Below, piece by piece: positions 34,701 through 46,613 of a stretch of DNA of 64,000 nt (its first letter is position 1; the number at the start of each line of letters is the position of its first letter). The notes under the pieces were generated by a model. The model worked only from the letters and a program-made list of their open reading frames with translations, was not told the DNA's origin and made no database searches. Both the position numbers and the translations under genes were made by a program. Source of the DNA: Camelus ferus (Eukaryota); contig NC_045706.1 in NCBI RefSeq assembly GCF_009834535.1, forward strand, positions 70,928,001 through 70,992,000, given 5' to 3'.

Positions 34701-37700
34701 TTGTTAATATGTGAGTTTTTTTTGGAAAGGTCTGGCACAAAAACCACAGCTCCTCTTTTAAGACTTGATTTCCTGTTGAATAATCCAGCGTGTGTGGTCT
34801 TAGCTGTTCCTAGTATCCTGAGCCAATGAGCGGTTGAAATAGAAATTCAGCTAAGTGTTGCCTAGTGGAAACGAGAACTGCTGCCCAGTCCTGGGAGTGT
34901 TTCAGTCATGTTTTGGGGCCCTGCCTTCCAACCCATCGATTCTTCCTTAGAACCTTAGGCTGTGCGTATCACTCTCATCTAACACAAGAAGCGCTACTGT
35001 GACGGGTAATGAGTGACTTCACATTATCGAGTAATTAGGGGGTGATTACACCGATTTACTGCTTTGGTTTTAAGACGGTGGCCACCTGTTTTCTGGTAAA
35101 TGATTGAAAGAGACAGCAGGTCAGTGGGGTTTCCAGTGGAGGCGTGGTGACCACACCAGCCTTCTCGAGGCTGAGAACACTTTCATGTTTCCTCCCAAAG
35201 TGACAGGCGGGACTGACTAGGAGAACCTGCGGGGACCCGGCCGTCACCTTATGGACATGGTCTGGAGTGACTTTAGCAACCGCTCTGGTTGAAGTTCACC
35301 AGGCTCCGTTCCTCCCCGGCTTTGAAGGCCGGCACGTCCGCACTGGAGGGGCCCGTTTAGAATCTGGCCGTTATTGGTGGCCGGGAAAGGGGGCGCCAGC
35401 ACAGCCTTGGCCCCTCCGCATCCCACAGCTGCTGGGACCCCTCTCCCTGCAGGCCCTGCCACTGTGGCAAGCCTCTCCCCCGCCGGAGGTCTTTGCTCCA
35501 GGGTCTGGAAAGGATGGGTGGAACCGTGAGCTCCCCGGCCCTGCGTGAAACCAGACACCAGTAGAGCTTCTAAGCTTCTCCAGAGAAGGTCTGTTAGGCT
35601 GAATGCAAGTTCCCCTGACGTGGCTTCACACGGTCAGTGACGCAGTCCCATGACTGCCCCTGTCTTTGGAAGTGGACCTGAGGTTTTTCTTAGGAGGACG
35701 GAACTTGAATGCATTTGTTTGCATTGGGTGCCTTTGTCATCAGGGTCTGTATTTCACGCATGTTCCCTCTTTTATCCAGGCTCTGTTTCCCGGATGTCTC
35801 AGTTTTGATCAGTATTTTACTGTGGTCACTGGAACAGTCCATTAGGGCCATACTTCAAAACCCAGGCGAGTGACATAGGAGACTCTTGATGTCTGGATCA
35901 TTCTGGGCAAAGAAGTCCAGTGTACTGACTACATTAGACAAGGCCTGGCCACCAGAACCCAGTTAACTCTGCAGTGGTGCCAGAGGCAAGGAGATTGCAG
36001 ACCCCAAGACAGGGGCTGGGAGGTTCCGGGTTACAGCATATGGCCATGCCCCACTGTCCCCTCCAGGGACCCCGCCCAGCATCCAGCATCGCAGGGTCTC
36101 CCAGCCGCAGAGGCACTGACCAGCAGAGGGGTGAGGCAGACACACCGTCATCAGTGAGTGAAGTTCAGGATCGCAGACCTCATTCCTCCCACCCCAGCTT
36201 GCATTTAAGGGGAAAGGCACCCCCTCTGCAACAGGCCCTGGAGGGCTGGTAGGAACAGCTGGTGACAGGCTGATGGGAGGGGAAGGGGCGTGCCGTCCAC
36301 CCTGTGGCTCACAGCACTGTCCCGCAGGTGACCACGGGCGGACACACAGGGCCCAGGCTCATGGACAGCATGGTCTGTGCCTCCAGAGCCCTGGGGTACA
36401 GGTATGTGGGGGCTCAGCATAGCTGAGGTCACCGAAGGAAAGTTTCCCCGAGGGGCGAGCCCCCCGTGCGGCAGAGCTGGCAGGCAGCGCTGCTGCCGGG
36501 TCCGAGGCGCACCCCGCTCAGACACGTGGGGTGCTTCGCCTCTGCAGACGCCAGGCACCTGCTACATTATCCCCGAGCAGGCGGAATCTCAGCTGCCTCA
36601 GAAGGCTGGACTGACCAGGACTTACCAGTTTGTGTAAGTGTCTTTACAAAGCGTGGCACCGCGTGGGAGCAGGAAGGCAAAAAGGGGTCCTAGCCATTCA
36701 AGAGGTCATAACCGGGCAGAAAGAAAGTTTCTCATCTCATAAATGCGCGTATGCTGTTACGAAACTTTTTTCTTCTCATCCCCCGAGCGGCCGGCGCTTG
36801 GTTCTGTTTTCTCCCTGGAAGCGCGGTACCCACCTCTTGCCCCAGCCTGACAGCTGATGTGGGTTCACCTGTCCCCATCTTCCTCCACGAAGAAAGGGCC
36901 ACGACTTAGGCAAAAGTAGTGGTGGACAAAAAATGATGACTGGGCCAGACGAGGTTTTTAGCTTTTTAATTGGCTCTCTCCTTAGACTTGACTGTCTTTG
37001 AAAAACTACACCTAGCTTCACACTCGGGAGCGTCCTCGACACAGAGGGAAGGAGGGGATGGGGCTTCTGTTGTTTCAGTAGGTTGAAGAGATGCACTGAG
37101 AACAACTGTGGATGTTTTCAGGTGCAAATTTAAGATCCGGAGGTGCGGGATTGTGGGATTTTTGATTGAGGCATTTTTGGGGGTCATTTTCATCCATTTC
37201 AACATAATGCCATAGTATGATGTGACTCTTAAAATGTTATCCCCTTATCACTGCTTATCAATAGATGTGCAGTGTCCAAAGCGGGACAAACGCTCTGCCG
37301 CGTCCTGTGCCAGTCGAGCTCTGTGTCCTGGCCGCCTCCCTACAGCAGGAGACACCGACCAGTTAGCGGTCAAGGACAGTGGGTCCACATCGGAACCACA
37401 TGCAGGGAGGGGCAATTGGGGAAAGTGGGCTGATGAGTGTGGCGGTGAGCTCTGGGCTTCCCAGGCCCCCTTTGGATGTGGTGTACATCACCGGGAGGCA
37501 GCCTTCTGCCCTGTAGGGAAGCAGTCTCGAGCACTTAGAGCTGCCCGACATTGACACGGGACACCTCCAAAAGCAGGGACATGCTACCTGTCTTCTAAAC
37601 GCCCGCCATCAGAGGCAGCTCACCCCGTGGGAGGGTCCCAGAGGGCATTCTCAGTGGGCAGGAGTGGGGGTTGGGCAGGACGTCCTTGCTGGCAGCTCTG

Positions 37701-38071
37701 ATCTTAACTAAGGAGGAGCGGAAAACAGCCTGGAAGCAAAGCCCTGGCTCCGGGCTCCAGGCCCCTGGCCGATGTTGACTGGGATGGAGACATGCCTGTT
37801 TCCAGAGCGTGGCCTCGGCCTCCCAGCTGCTCAGCCCTCTTCCTCTGCCTCCGTGGAGCTTCCCGCTTAGCTCTGAGTTCAGGGGTCCCAACCAGTAGTG
37901 ACAGGGAAATCTGTGCCAAAGAATCTGGAAAGATCGCTATTTCGTTTGCAACATTTTTTGCCACCATGAACATTATCTCGTTTTTTCTACAGTTTCCAGT
38001 TAAGAATCTTCAGGAGAAAATTTGTATAAGCTTTTATTTTTGTGTAGTTATTATTTTTTAATGTGATGTGG

Positions 38072-38201
38072 GTTTTTGTTTGTTTCTTGTTGGGGGTGGT
38101 AATTAGGTTTATTTATCTATTTTAATGGAGGGACTGGGGATTGAACCCAGGACCTTGTGCATGCTGAGCACACGCTCTAGCACTGAGCTCTGCCCTCTTC
38201 C
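38072..38201 (-). mobile_element. Vic-1-like SINE
   Basis: tRNA-like body (ggggattgaacccaggaccttgtgcatgctgagcacacgctctagcactgagct) plus taattaggtttatt tail. Confidence 0.88.
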
Positions 38202-40142
38202 TTTAGGATAAAACTTTTATTCTTACCAGGAACTGCACACGTATGCAGCCCTCAGGGGACATCCCACAACCAAATCCCCATCCTTTTTGTTCGGATAAAG
38301 CATCCCCTTTTGTCAAGATTTTGATTTTGATTGTGCTTGCAGGACAGTTTTATAGATTTCATGTACCACAAGCTAAATTCTGATTTCTAAAATATGAAGT
38401 TTGCCCCCCCCAAAAAATATGATTTAATTCAGCTCTCTCGTCATGTGATTTTTATTCCTTCAGCAAAGGTGGTTTGCTGTGAGCACCTTTGAAATTCACG
38501 CAGGTATATTGCACTTGCTTCTCTCTGGGGGTTCCGTCTGGGGGGAGGGCTGATGAGGGACGGTGTGACACGGGAAATTCACTGAGGGCATCCTGGGACC
38601 TGTTGCTTGAACGTAATAATAGCAGAGGTTAGGCAGCACCTGGGAACCACCCCAGGGACTCTCCTGAGGGGGAAGAGGGATGGCAGGTAAGGGGGCCCCA
38701 GGGGTCACAGGCGCGTCCTAACACCTGAGCCTCCTCCCCTCTGCGGCCGGTCCCGGGGGAGTCGGGGGCTCCCACGGGATCCTACTCTATGTCCCCCCAC
38801 CCCGTATTCTCCATGTCGGGGGCCGGTGGGAGCTCAGGAGCCCCCACCATCAGAGGCCAGATGGTGTAGCCTGCAGCTTCCTCCACTGCTGCCTCCGCCA
38901 CCGCCCTGTCCTCCTCCCCCTCCTCAGAAGGTTCTAGAATCAGAAGCAGGCAACTGAAGCGAGCACCCTCTCTCAGAAGGTGGGTCCTTGTGAGTAAAGT
39001 GAGAGATGGGAGGAGGCGTGCCCGCGGGTGGAGTTGGCGTGAGCAGAAATTGTTTTCATCAACTTAGAAAATCTTTACATAATGAGGTACCACTGTCTTT
39101 TTACACTTCATTACAGGAGAATAGAAAGATTTTGAGAAGCATCTGCTCTTCAATCCGAAATAAGAATGAAAACTTTTTAAAGCACATCCTGGCAATGTTT
39201 TAAGTTCTGTAAGCCAAAAGGAGTTTTCAAACTCCCTTTTAAAGTTTTAACGATGTCAAATCATTGCTGGCCACACCTTTCAGTAAGTGCCGGGTCTACG
39301 TTTGTTTCCTTGTTGCATTGACCTCTGAGGTGGTCATCTTATGTAATCAGAGACTTTCCTCCTTCAACTTTATGTCTTCCTTCCAGCTTTCCTTTCTACA
39401 TCTCTGCCTCTAACTCCTGCCCCTGCAAGCATCTTTCCTTCTCTTTCTTCCCCTCCCTCCTGTCCTTCCCCCCTCTCCCTTCCCCACAGCCCTTTGCTGA
39501 GCCCTGGAGTCACTCCCTGACTGTCCTCTCTGCATGCAGAGGGGCCGGCCTGGGTCCTTCCTCCTGGTTATCTGGCATCCGGGTTCTCAAGCCTCATCAC
39601 CCCACGGGGACCCTCACCTTTCAACAGTCGTAATGGTGGGAGATGTGATCCTTTGTATCAAAGACATTTTGAGAGCGGAGACACCCCAGAAAGAGGTGAG
39701 GCCAACGTGGAGAAAACAAAGGACGCTTGCTAGCTGGGAATGGTGACCGAGGTTTAATTTACTACTCCGAGGGGCCCCGCCTTCCATGCCATACTTACTG
39801 ACTTTTCATTACGTCTCCTGGTGACATGGGTCTCTTGGGGCTCACAGGAATACTGCGAGGAAGCAAACCCCCAAATCGAGACCCATGGCCGGCATGATAA
39901 GTGTATTCATGAAGATAACAGGATGGAATATTTAAAAACCCAGAAGGATTGTTATTCTGCCATAGACTGTACAGGGCTGAGAAGGTGTGGCTGGCTTTGT
40001 CCGTTTTCAAGACTGTGAGAATGAAAAAAAAAAAACATTTTTTTAACCCGATCTTGCCTTGATTCAATCATCTTCCAAATGAAATTTTCGGTCCACCCGC
40101 TACCTTCCCCAGTCTGTCCACCTCCCTTGAGCCTCACACGTC

Positions 40143-40161
40143 CGCCCAGCAGAGGGCAGCA
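40143..40161 (+). promoter_or_regulatory. CTCF-binding motif
   Basis: CGCCCAGCAGAGGGCAGCA. The core CCAGCAGAGGGCAG matches the CTCF consensus CCASYAGRKGGCRS at 14/14. Confidence 0.55.
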
Positions 40162-42169
40162 GAGCACACCGTATGGGCCTTGAGGCTGCAGAACACGGGG
40201 CGTTGGTCCAACAGCTGTGCTGTGCCGAGCCCTAGGCCCGGTGCACACAGCGTAAGGCGGACTAGCTCTCTGTGGATCCAGAGCCAGGAGCGAGAGCAAG
40301 CAAGTCATCAGCACTGGGAAGCGCTGACATCATGAGGGCAGGAACAGGGTGGGGGTTGGGGGGAGCTTGGTGCCGAATTTGACGTTCATTCATCTGCCAG
40401 GTGTGTCCCGTCTGCTTACCAGGCCCAGGCCCTTGCAGGCACAGGTGACGAGACACAGACCCCTGCGCGCCTGAAGCTTGCATTCTAGCGGGAGCTCCAG
40501 CGACCCACTGCGGCTCCACCCTCAGGCTGGCCCTGCTGGGGCCACGCAGGATGCCGGGCCCAGCCCAGGCCAAGGTTGGGGGCCCCTGGTCTGGAGCAGC
40601 AGCACCTGGTGTCCCTGGGGAAGAGCCGGGGGCCACAGGCTGGACCGGCCTGGGGTGGGTGGGGAAGATGGGGGGCTCGAGAGGACAGGAGGCCAGCCCA
40701 GCAGGACAGAGACAGCTCACTCTGGGAAACCTGAGGATGTCAGGGAGCATGAGCCAGCAGAACAGTGGGCATGGGGGTTCCCCGGGCTGAGGGGCCAGGA
40801 GAGGAGGTGGGGGACGGTGAGATGGGGGTAGTGAGTGTGGGAGCAGCCTTGAGCCCACCCTACCAGGGAGCCAGGGGAATAAACAGCCCCGTGTCTTCCT
40901 CCTGCCACTGCCCCCAGTAGGCAAACCTGGGGAGGTCAGGGCCTTTCACACAGGCCCCCTGCCTGCAGCCGGGAGCAGAGCAGAGACAGCTGTATACAGG
41001 CTCCAGGCTGGGGGGCAGGGGGCGGGGCGGGGAGGGAGAATGGAGGCCGGGCTGGGGGGCCCCTCAGACGAGCAGCCGTGGTCTTGTGCGGACCAGACTC
41101 TGGAGGAGCTCAGCTTCCAGAACCTTCTCCTCCTCTGAGGCCCTCCCTGGAGGAGGCAGGCGAGCCTCGAGTTCTGATTGGGACCTTGGAGGATGTGAAA
41201 ATGGGACTCCTTCTGCTTCTACAGCCCCAAAAGAGCAAGGAGAATGCAGTCCTGACTCTGCAGAGTTGGGGGGTTCTGCACGGGGCCTCGACACCCCTTG
41301 GAAGTTTCTAGAGAGCTGTCCCCTGTGTGTCCCTGCAGCCTCACGGGAGGGGTCAGCCTGGAGCACCTCAGGAAGGTCCTCCCCACCCTTGTGACCGTGA
41401 CCATGGCTGAGCTGCGGGGCCTGGCGGTTCAGGGCTGGGAGATCTAGACCACAGGGCAGGCCTGCGGGGAGCTGGAGGGAGGGTGTTGGCTGTGAACCCC
41501 GGTCTTGCCCACCGCAAGCCCGGCCCTGCTCCGCCCAGGGGCCCCTGCAGGAGGGTGTGCTCGGAGACTGCAGGGCTGCATCCGTCCTCCCTAAACACAG
41601 CCCCAGCCTCCCTGGGCCTCAGCGTCCAGCAATAAGAGTACCCGCCTGGCCTCCTTCCCAAGGTGGCTGTGATGCCGTCAGGGGTGTGGACACCCAGGCA
41701 TCACCGCCCTCATTAAGGGCACCACGGGCTCACCCAGCTGAGTGACAAGCCTAGTGACAGGGGAGGTCAGTGCTGTCCCAGGCCGCCTACTCTCAGCCAC
41801 CCAGGGGCTCTGGTACTCTGGCGGGGGGGTGGGCGTGGGTCCAGGGAAGGCCTTGCAGCCCAGCCAGCACCAGCCCTGTGCCTCGGCACCTCCCACGGGT
41901 GATCCTGGTCTGTGTGGTGCACGTGGCACCTCGTCAGCCCAGGACGGGCTAGAAAATATGCCATTGTTCCCCAAGAAAGCTTGCTGTAACTTCATAGATA
42001 GATAGACAGACAGACAGAGAAAAACAGGTGAAAGAAAGGGCTGGAGGGAGGGGAAGCTCTCTTTCCTGAGGGGAACCGTGCGAGAAGTCGGCCTGGACAC
42101 CGCGTTGTGGATTCGTGTCTCTCTCTGAGATTTCCGACTTAGCTCTCTGATGTCTTGTGGATTGGAAGC

Positions 42170-42960
42170 AACAAAGCCCCAGTCAAGGAGAGGGTGTGGA
42201 GAAAGGGGACCCCTCCTGCACTGTGGTGGGAATGCAGTTTGGTGCAGCCATTGTGGAAAACAGCATGGAGGTTCCTCAAAAGACTAAAAGTAGACTTACC
42301 ATGTGACCCAGGAATCCTGCTCCTTCCTGGGCATATATGAGGAAACTCTAATTTAAAAAGATACCTGCACCCCAATGTTCATAGCAGCACTACTTAGAAT
42401 AGCCAAGACATGGAAACAACCTAAATGTCCATCGACAGATGACTGGACAAAGAAGGTGTGGTCTCTCTCTCTCTCTGTATATACACACACACAATGGAAT
42501 ACTACTCAGCCATAAAAAAGAATGAAATAATGCCATTTGCAGCAATGTGGGTGGACCTGGAGATTGTCATACTAAGTGAAGTCAGCCAGAAAGAGAAAGG
42601 AAAATACCATATAATATCACTTTTATGTGGAATCTTAAAAAAAAATGGAACAAATGAACTTATTTACAAAATAGAAACAGACTCACAGACATAGAAAACA
42701 AACGTGTGGTTACCAGTGGGGAAAGGGGGTAGGGGAGGGATAAATTGGGAGTTCTGGATTTGCAGATTCACACTACCGTATAGAAAATAAACAACAAGAT
42801 CCCACTGTACAGCACAGGGAACTATATTCAATAACTTGTAATAACCTATAATGAAAAAGAATATATACTTATGTGTACATAACTGAATCACTGTGCTGTA
42901 CACCGGAAACGACACAACATTGTAAATCAACTATACTTCAATTAAAAATAATAACAATAA
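42170..42960 (+). mobile_element. L1 3' fragment (ORF2 C-terminus plus 3'UTR)
   Basis: [33 protein letters not shown] and MEYYSAIKKNEIMPFAAMWVDLEIVILSEVSQKEK are hallmark L1 ORF2 C-terminal peptides, frameshifted here. Confidence 0.92.
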
Positions 42961-44099
42961 GACAAGGGGAAAAGAGCAAAGTCAGGGAGAGCAGCCTGTG
43001 GGGGCAGAATCCCAGGGGTCTGCCTGAGGCCTCTGCTGCCCATTGTGGGGGTCCCCAGGGCCCTGGGGTGGAGGCCTGGCCACAGTCCGGGATCAGCAGG
43101 CCTCCTGCCCTCCTGGCCACCAGAGGACAATACCAGACGTGGCTTGTGCAGTGGCAGGAAGGCTGGTCATGATTCAGTATTTTCCGTGGATAAAACAAAA
43201 CGGAGACAAGCCACACGGCAGGGGTGTGGACGCATGGCTCAGGCACGGAGCTCTGGGTTCTGTTCGGACTGATGTCTATTGATCAGGCTGTTAGTCTGTT
43301 TGGGGTTTTCCGCTCTCGTTCATTATTGGAGGTAATAATACCGATTTGAAGAGTCATCGGTGTGGGAAGTCAGCCTTTCCTGGGGCCTGGTGTGGACCGA
43401 CTCCCCTGGTAACAGAAGGCTGAGTACAGGAGGAGGCACCCTTTACCAGGGAACTCACAGGTGTGGAATCTTTCAGGTGTGGAAAGTTAGACTCCCCCTA
43501 AAAGATGAGATCCTGGTGGGAGAGGGGCTGGGGGGCGCTATGGGGGGCTTCCAGGTTCCCTTTTTCTTCCAAGCCACCCATCCCACCAGCAGCACAACCC
43601 AGTGGAGATGGACAGCCCAGCTCAGAGTGGGGTGGGCGTGTGGGAGCAAAGGGGTTACAGGTCCAAGGGGCATGGGGAGGGGGTGACAGAAAGGGGCAGG
43701 GGGCCTGTAGGAAGCGCTCCCTCTCCAGGTCTTAGGAGCTGGGGGAGCAGAATAGATTTAGGAAGCCAGTCCTCGGTCCCCACCCCCACCCCCACCCCCA
43801 GTTCTGCCGGGGTGAAAAACACCACTCAGAATGCCTATTCTCTGGAATCTGTGTTTTACCAGCCACCCCTGTGTGTGGGGTACCCACCCTTCCTTTTGGG
43901 AACAGGGCCACTTGCTACTTAAAAATTCACTAATGTGTGCAAATCTCAGGGCACAAGAGTGGGTGCTCAAAATGTGGTAGATATTGTGCAAATGGCTAGG
44001 GGACACCCAGGGGGCCCAAAGCTGTGAATGTCCAGAAAAGGGATTCCCCACAAGTCAAACCAAAAGGCTTTAACTGTATTGTGACTAAGGTGCGCTGAC

Positions 44100-44126
44100 C
44101 CACCACCACCACCACCACCACCACCA
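44100..44126. repeat. (CCA)9 microsatellite
   Basis: Direct reading. Confidence 0.95.
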
Positions 44127-44149
44127 AGTCCAAAGTAGAAGGTTCAGGA

Positions 44150-44342
44150 GCCTCCGGGCTGTTTCCCCCTGCAGCTGGACCATTCTGCATCCTCTCCAAA
44201 AATGTCCAAGGGCTCCAGTTTCTCCACATCCTTGACAACACTTGCTGTCTTTTGTCTTTGTGACGATAGTCATTCTAACAGCTGTGAGGTCTCACTGTGG
44301 TTTTGCTTTGCAGTTCCTGGATGATTAGTGATGTTACCTTTT
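44150..44342 (-). mobile_element. Old L1 (L1MA/MB-like) segment, reverse orientation
   Basis: Reverse complement reads aaaaccacagtgagacctcacagc...aaggatgtggagaaactggagccctt, the L1 ORF2 3' region. It abuts the N gap. Confidence 0.8.
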
Positions 44343-44513
44343 NNNNNNNNNNNNNNNNNNNNNNNNNNNNNNNNNNNNNNNNNNNNNNNNNNNNNNNNNN
44401 NNNNNNNNNNNNNNNNNNNNNNNNNNNNNNNNNNNNNNNNNNNNNNNNNNNNNNNNNNNNNNNNNNNNNNNNNNNNNNNNNNNNNNNNNNNNNNNNNNNN
44501 NNNNNNNNNNNNN
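44343..44513. other. Assembly gap (171 N) within L1
   Basis: N run. Confidence 1.
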
Positions 44514-44721
44514 CAAGTGCCAAGATGTGGAAACGACCCAACTGTCCACTGACAGATGACTGGAAAAAGAAAATGTGGACTGTACATTATTGATGAGAAA
44601 TTAATTGATAGCCAATCAAAGCAAGAAATGGACATTTTTTATTCGAGACAACCTGAGGATTATAATCGCAGACAGTCTTCCAGAAAGCTTTGAGAACTGT
44701 TCTGTAGGCTAGAGGTGGGAG

Positions 44722-45158
44722 TGAAGAATGCCACCTGTCATATCAGTCAGCAAGGAGTACGACGTTCATCAAGCCCTCAGCCACTGCAGCCACTCCCGTG
44801 GTGCCCCCGAGGGGACCCGGGGTGGGGAAGCACAGGACCCTGGCCCTAGAGAACTCAGATGCACATCAAAGGAATGATTTCGATCAGCCCAGACTCTTGC
44901 ATCTTCCCATCATAGAAAAGCACTCAATTCCTTGAGATGTCTGGTTTTCTTTAATTAGTAATCTTTTGATGTTCCGAGTACCTGGTCCTTGTTGCAGAAC
45001 CTCCTGTATATCCTGGCTCCTCCCCTACTTCTTCAGAGCAGTCCCTCAGAGCGATCTGAGAGGCTGCCTCCCAGGCTTCAGTCCACGGCAAGTCCACCAA
45101 ATAAAACCTACCTCTCGACTTTTAGGTTGCGGGTTTTTTTTTTTTGTTTCAGTAGACA
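44722..45158 (+). mobile_element. ERV1-class solo LTR (LTR-B), artiodactyl type
   Basis: TG...CA termini (tgaagaatgcc...cagtagaca), TATA-like tgtatat, AATAAA at ~45100, and cagagcagtccctcagagcgatctgagaggctgcctccc typical of artiodactyl ERV1 LTRs. Confidence 0.75.
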
Positions 45159-45474
45159 GAGGTCAAAGCTCAGGTATGTAAGTTTTTGAGACAAAAGGTC
45201 ATACATCAAAGTAACATATTGACAGTTTGCACAGTCCAACGAGGCAAGTCGTGGGTCATCATGACCCCTCACAGGATTGAGAAAGGAATATTATCTCCTA
45301 AAGAGTTACTTTGCTGGCAGCAGGAGGAAATTGCTTCTTTTCCTTTTTTTGGTGAGCAGGCATTCCTGTCTTCTAAGAGGATCTAGTTAATGTACAATGC
45401 AGCTGCACCATGCATACTTGGTTGTGACCCAAACGGGCAGAGAGAGAATTTTATGTTTAAAATTGTTCTTGTCT

Positions 45475-46064
45475 TTGGTGCAGCCATGATGGAAAACAGT
45501 ATGGAGAGTCCTCAAAAAACTAAAACTAGACTTACCATATGATCCAGCAATCCCACTTCTGGGCACACATCCAGAGGGAACTCTAATGCGAAAAGACACA
45601 TGCACCCCAATGTTCACAGCAGCACTATTTACAACAGCCAAGACAAGGAAACAGCCTAAATGTCCACCAACAGATGACTGGATAAAGAAGATGTGGTATA
45701 TTTATACAATGGAATATGACTCAGCCAGTAAAAAGAATAAAATAATGCCATTTGCAGCAACATAAAAGGACCTGGAGATCATAATTCTAAGTGAAATAAG
45801 CTAGAAAAAGAAAGAAAAATACCATATGATATCACTCATATGTGGAATCTAAAAAAAAAGACAATATGAACTCACCTACAAAACAGAAACAGACTCGCAG
45901 ACACAGTAAACAATCTTATTGTTACCGGGGAAAGGGGGTAGGAGGGGATAAATTTGGGTGTTTGAAATTTACAAATGTTAGTCACTATATATAAAAATAG
46001 ATTTTAAAAAGCGATTAACTGGGTTAAGGTATAGAATAAACATTTTTGAACCTTAAAAAAAATA
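45475..46064 (+). mobile_element. Young 5'-truncated L1 with a non-L1 3' extension
   Basis: 11-bp TSD TGTTCTTGTCT at 45464-45474 and 46065-46075. Shares the diagnostic aacagactcgcagacacagtaaacaatctta with the L1 at 15565. Confidence 0.88.
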
Positions 46065-46078
46065 TGTTCTTGTCTGCT

Positions 46079-46613
46079 GTGGGACAAGGTAGGCGGGTAC
46101 CGAGGACAGTAAAAGAATTTACCAGAAACAAAGAAAAGTGAAAGAAAAGTTCATTAGATATGCTTGCTCCAGGCAACAGCGGGTGGCCTGAGAGGTGTCT
46201 GTGTGCCCCGAGGCGGGTTCAGTAGAGTCTTTTATAAGGAAGGGCCTGACCATCTACAGTGCTTTAAGGAAGGAGGTCGTGTTGAAGGTTTCCAGGCGTC
46301 AGCTGATCACTGCCTAAGGACTTAAGTCGGTTACACCTGGGGAAGGTACTGTTTATCTTTACAAGGAGGCAGGCGGTCTGGCACACTTGAGGAATTTGAG
46401 GGGAGGGGGTTAGGTCATAACTCAGTGTTGTTTGTTGGGCTAAAAAAATTACATGTTGGGAGAGGAATGTTCTTGGTGTTTTCTGGTTTATGTCTTCATA
46501 ATGTGAGTGATGAGGACGCGGGCAGACATCCTGTGACGGGGGCACCCTTTGTCTCTCTCGGGGGCTTCTTCCTTGTCCTTGAACCTCCATTGTCCTGCCT
46601 TCAAAATAATTTT
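46079..46613 (-). mobile_element. ERV solo LTR (LTR-C)
   Basis: Starts tgtgggacaagg and ends tgccttca (TG...CA). The reverse-strand TATA (cttttataag) and aaagttcattaga polyA-like region fit a minus-strand LTR. Confidence 0.6.

Noticed and set aside
42155-42694. L1 ORF2-like short ORFs as protein-coding genes
   Set aside because: These are frameshifted remnants of a 5'-truncated L1; the same applies to the ORFs spanning the N gaps.
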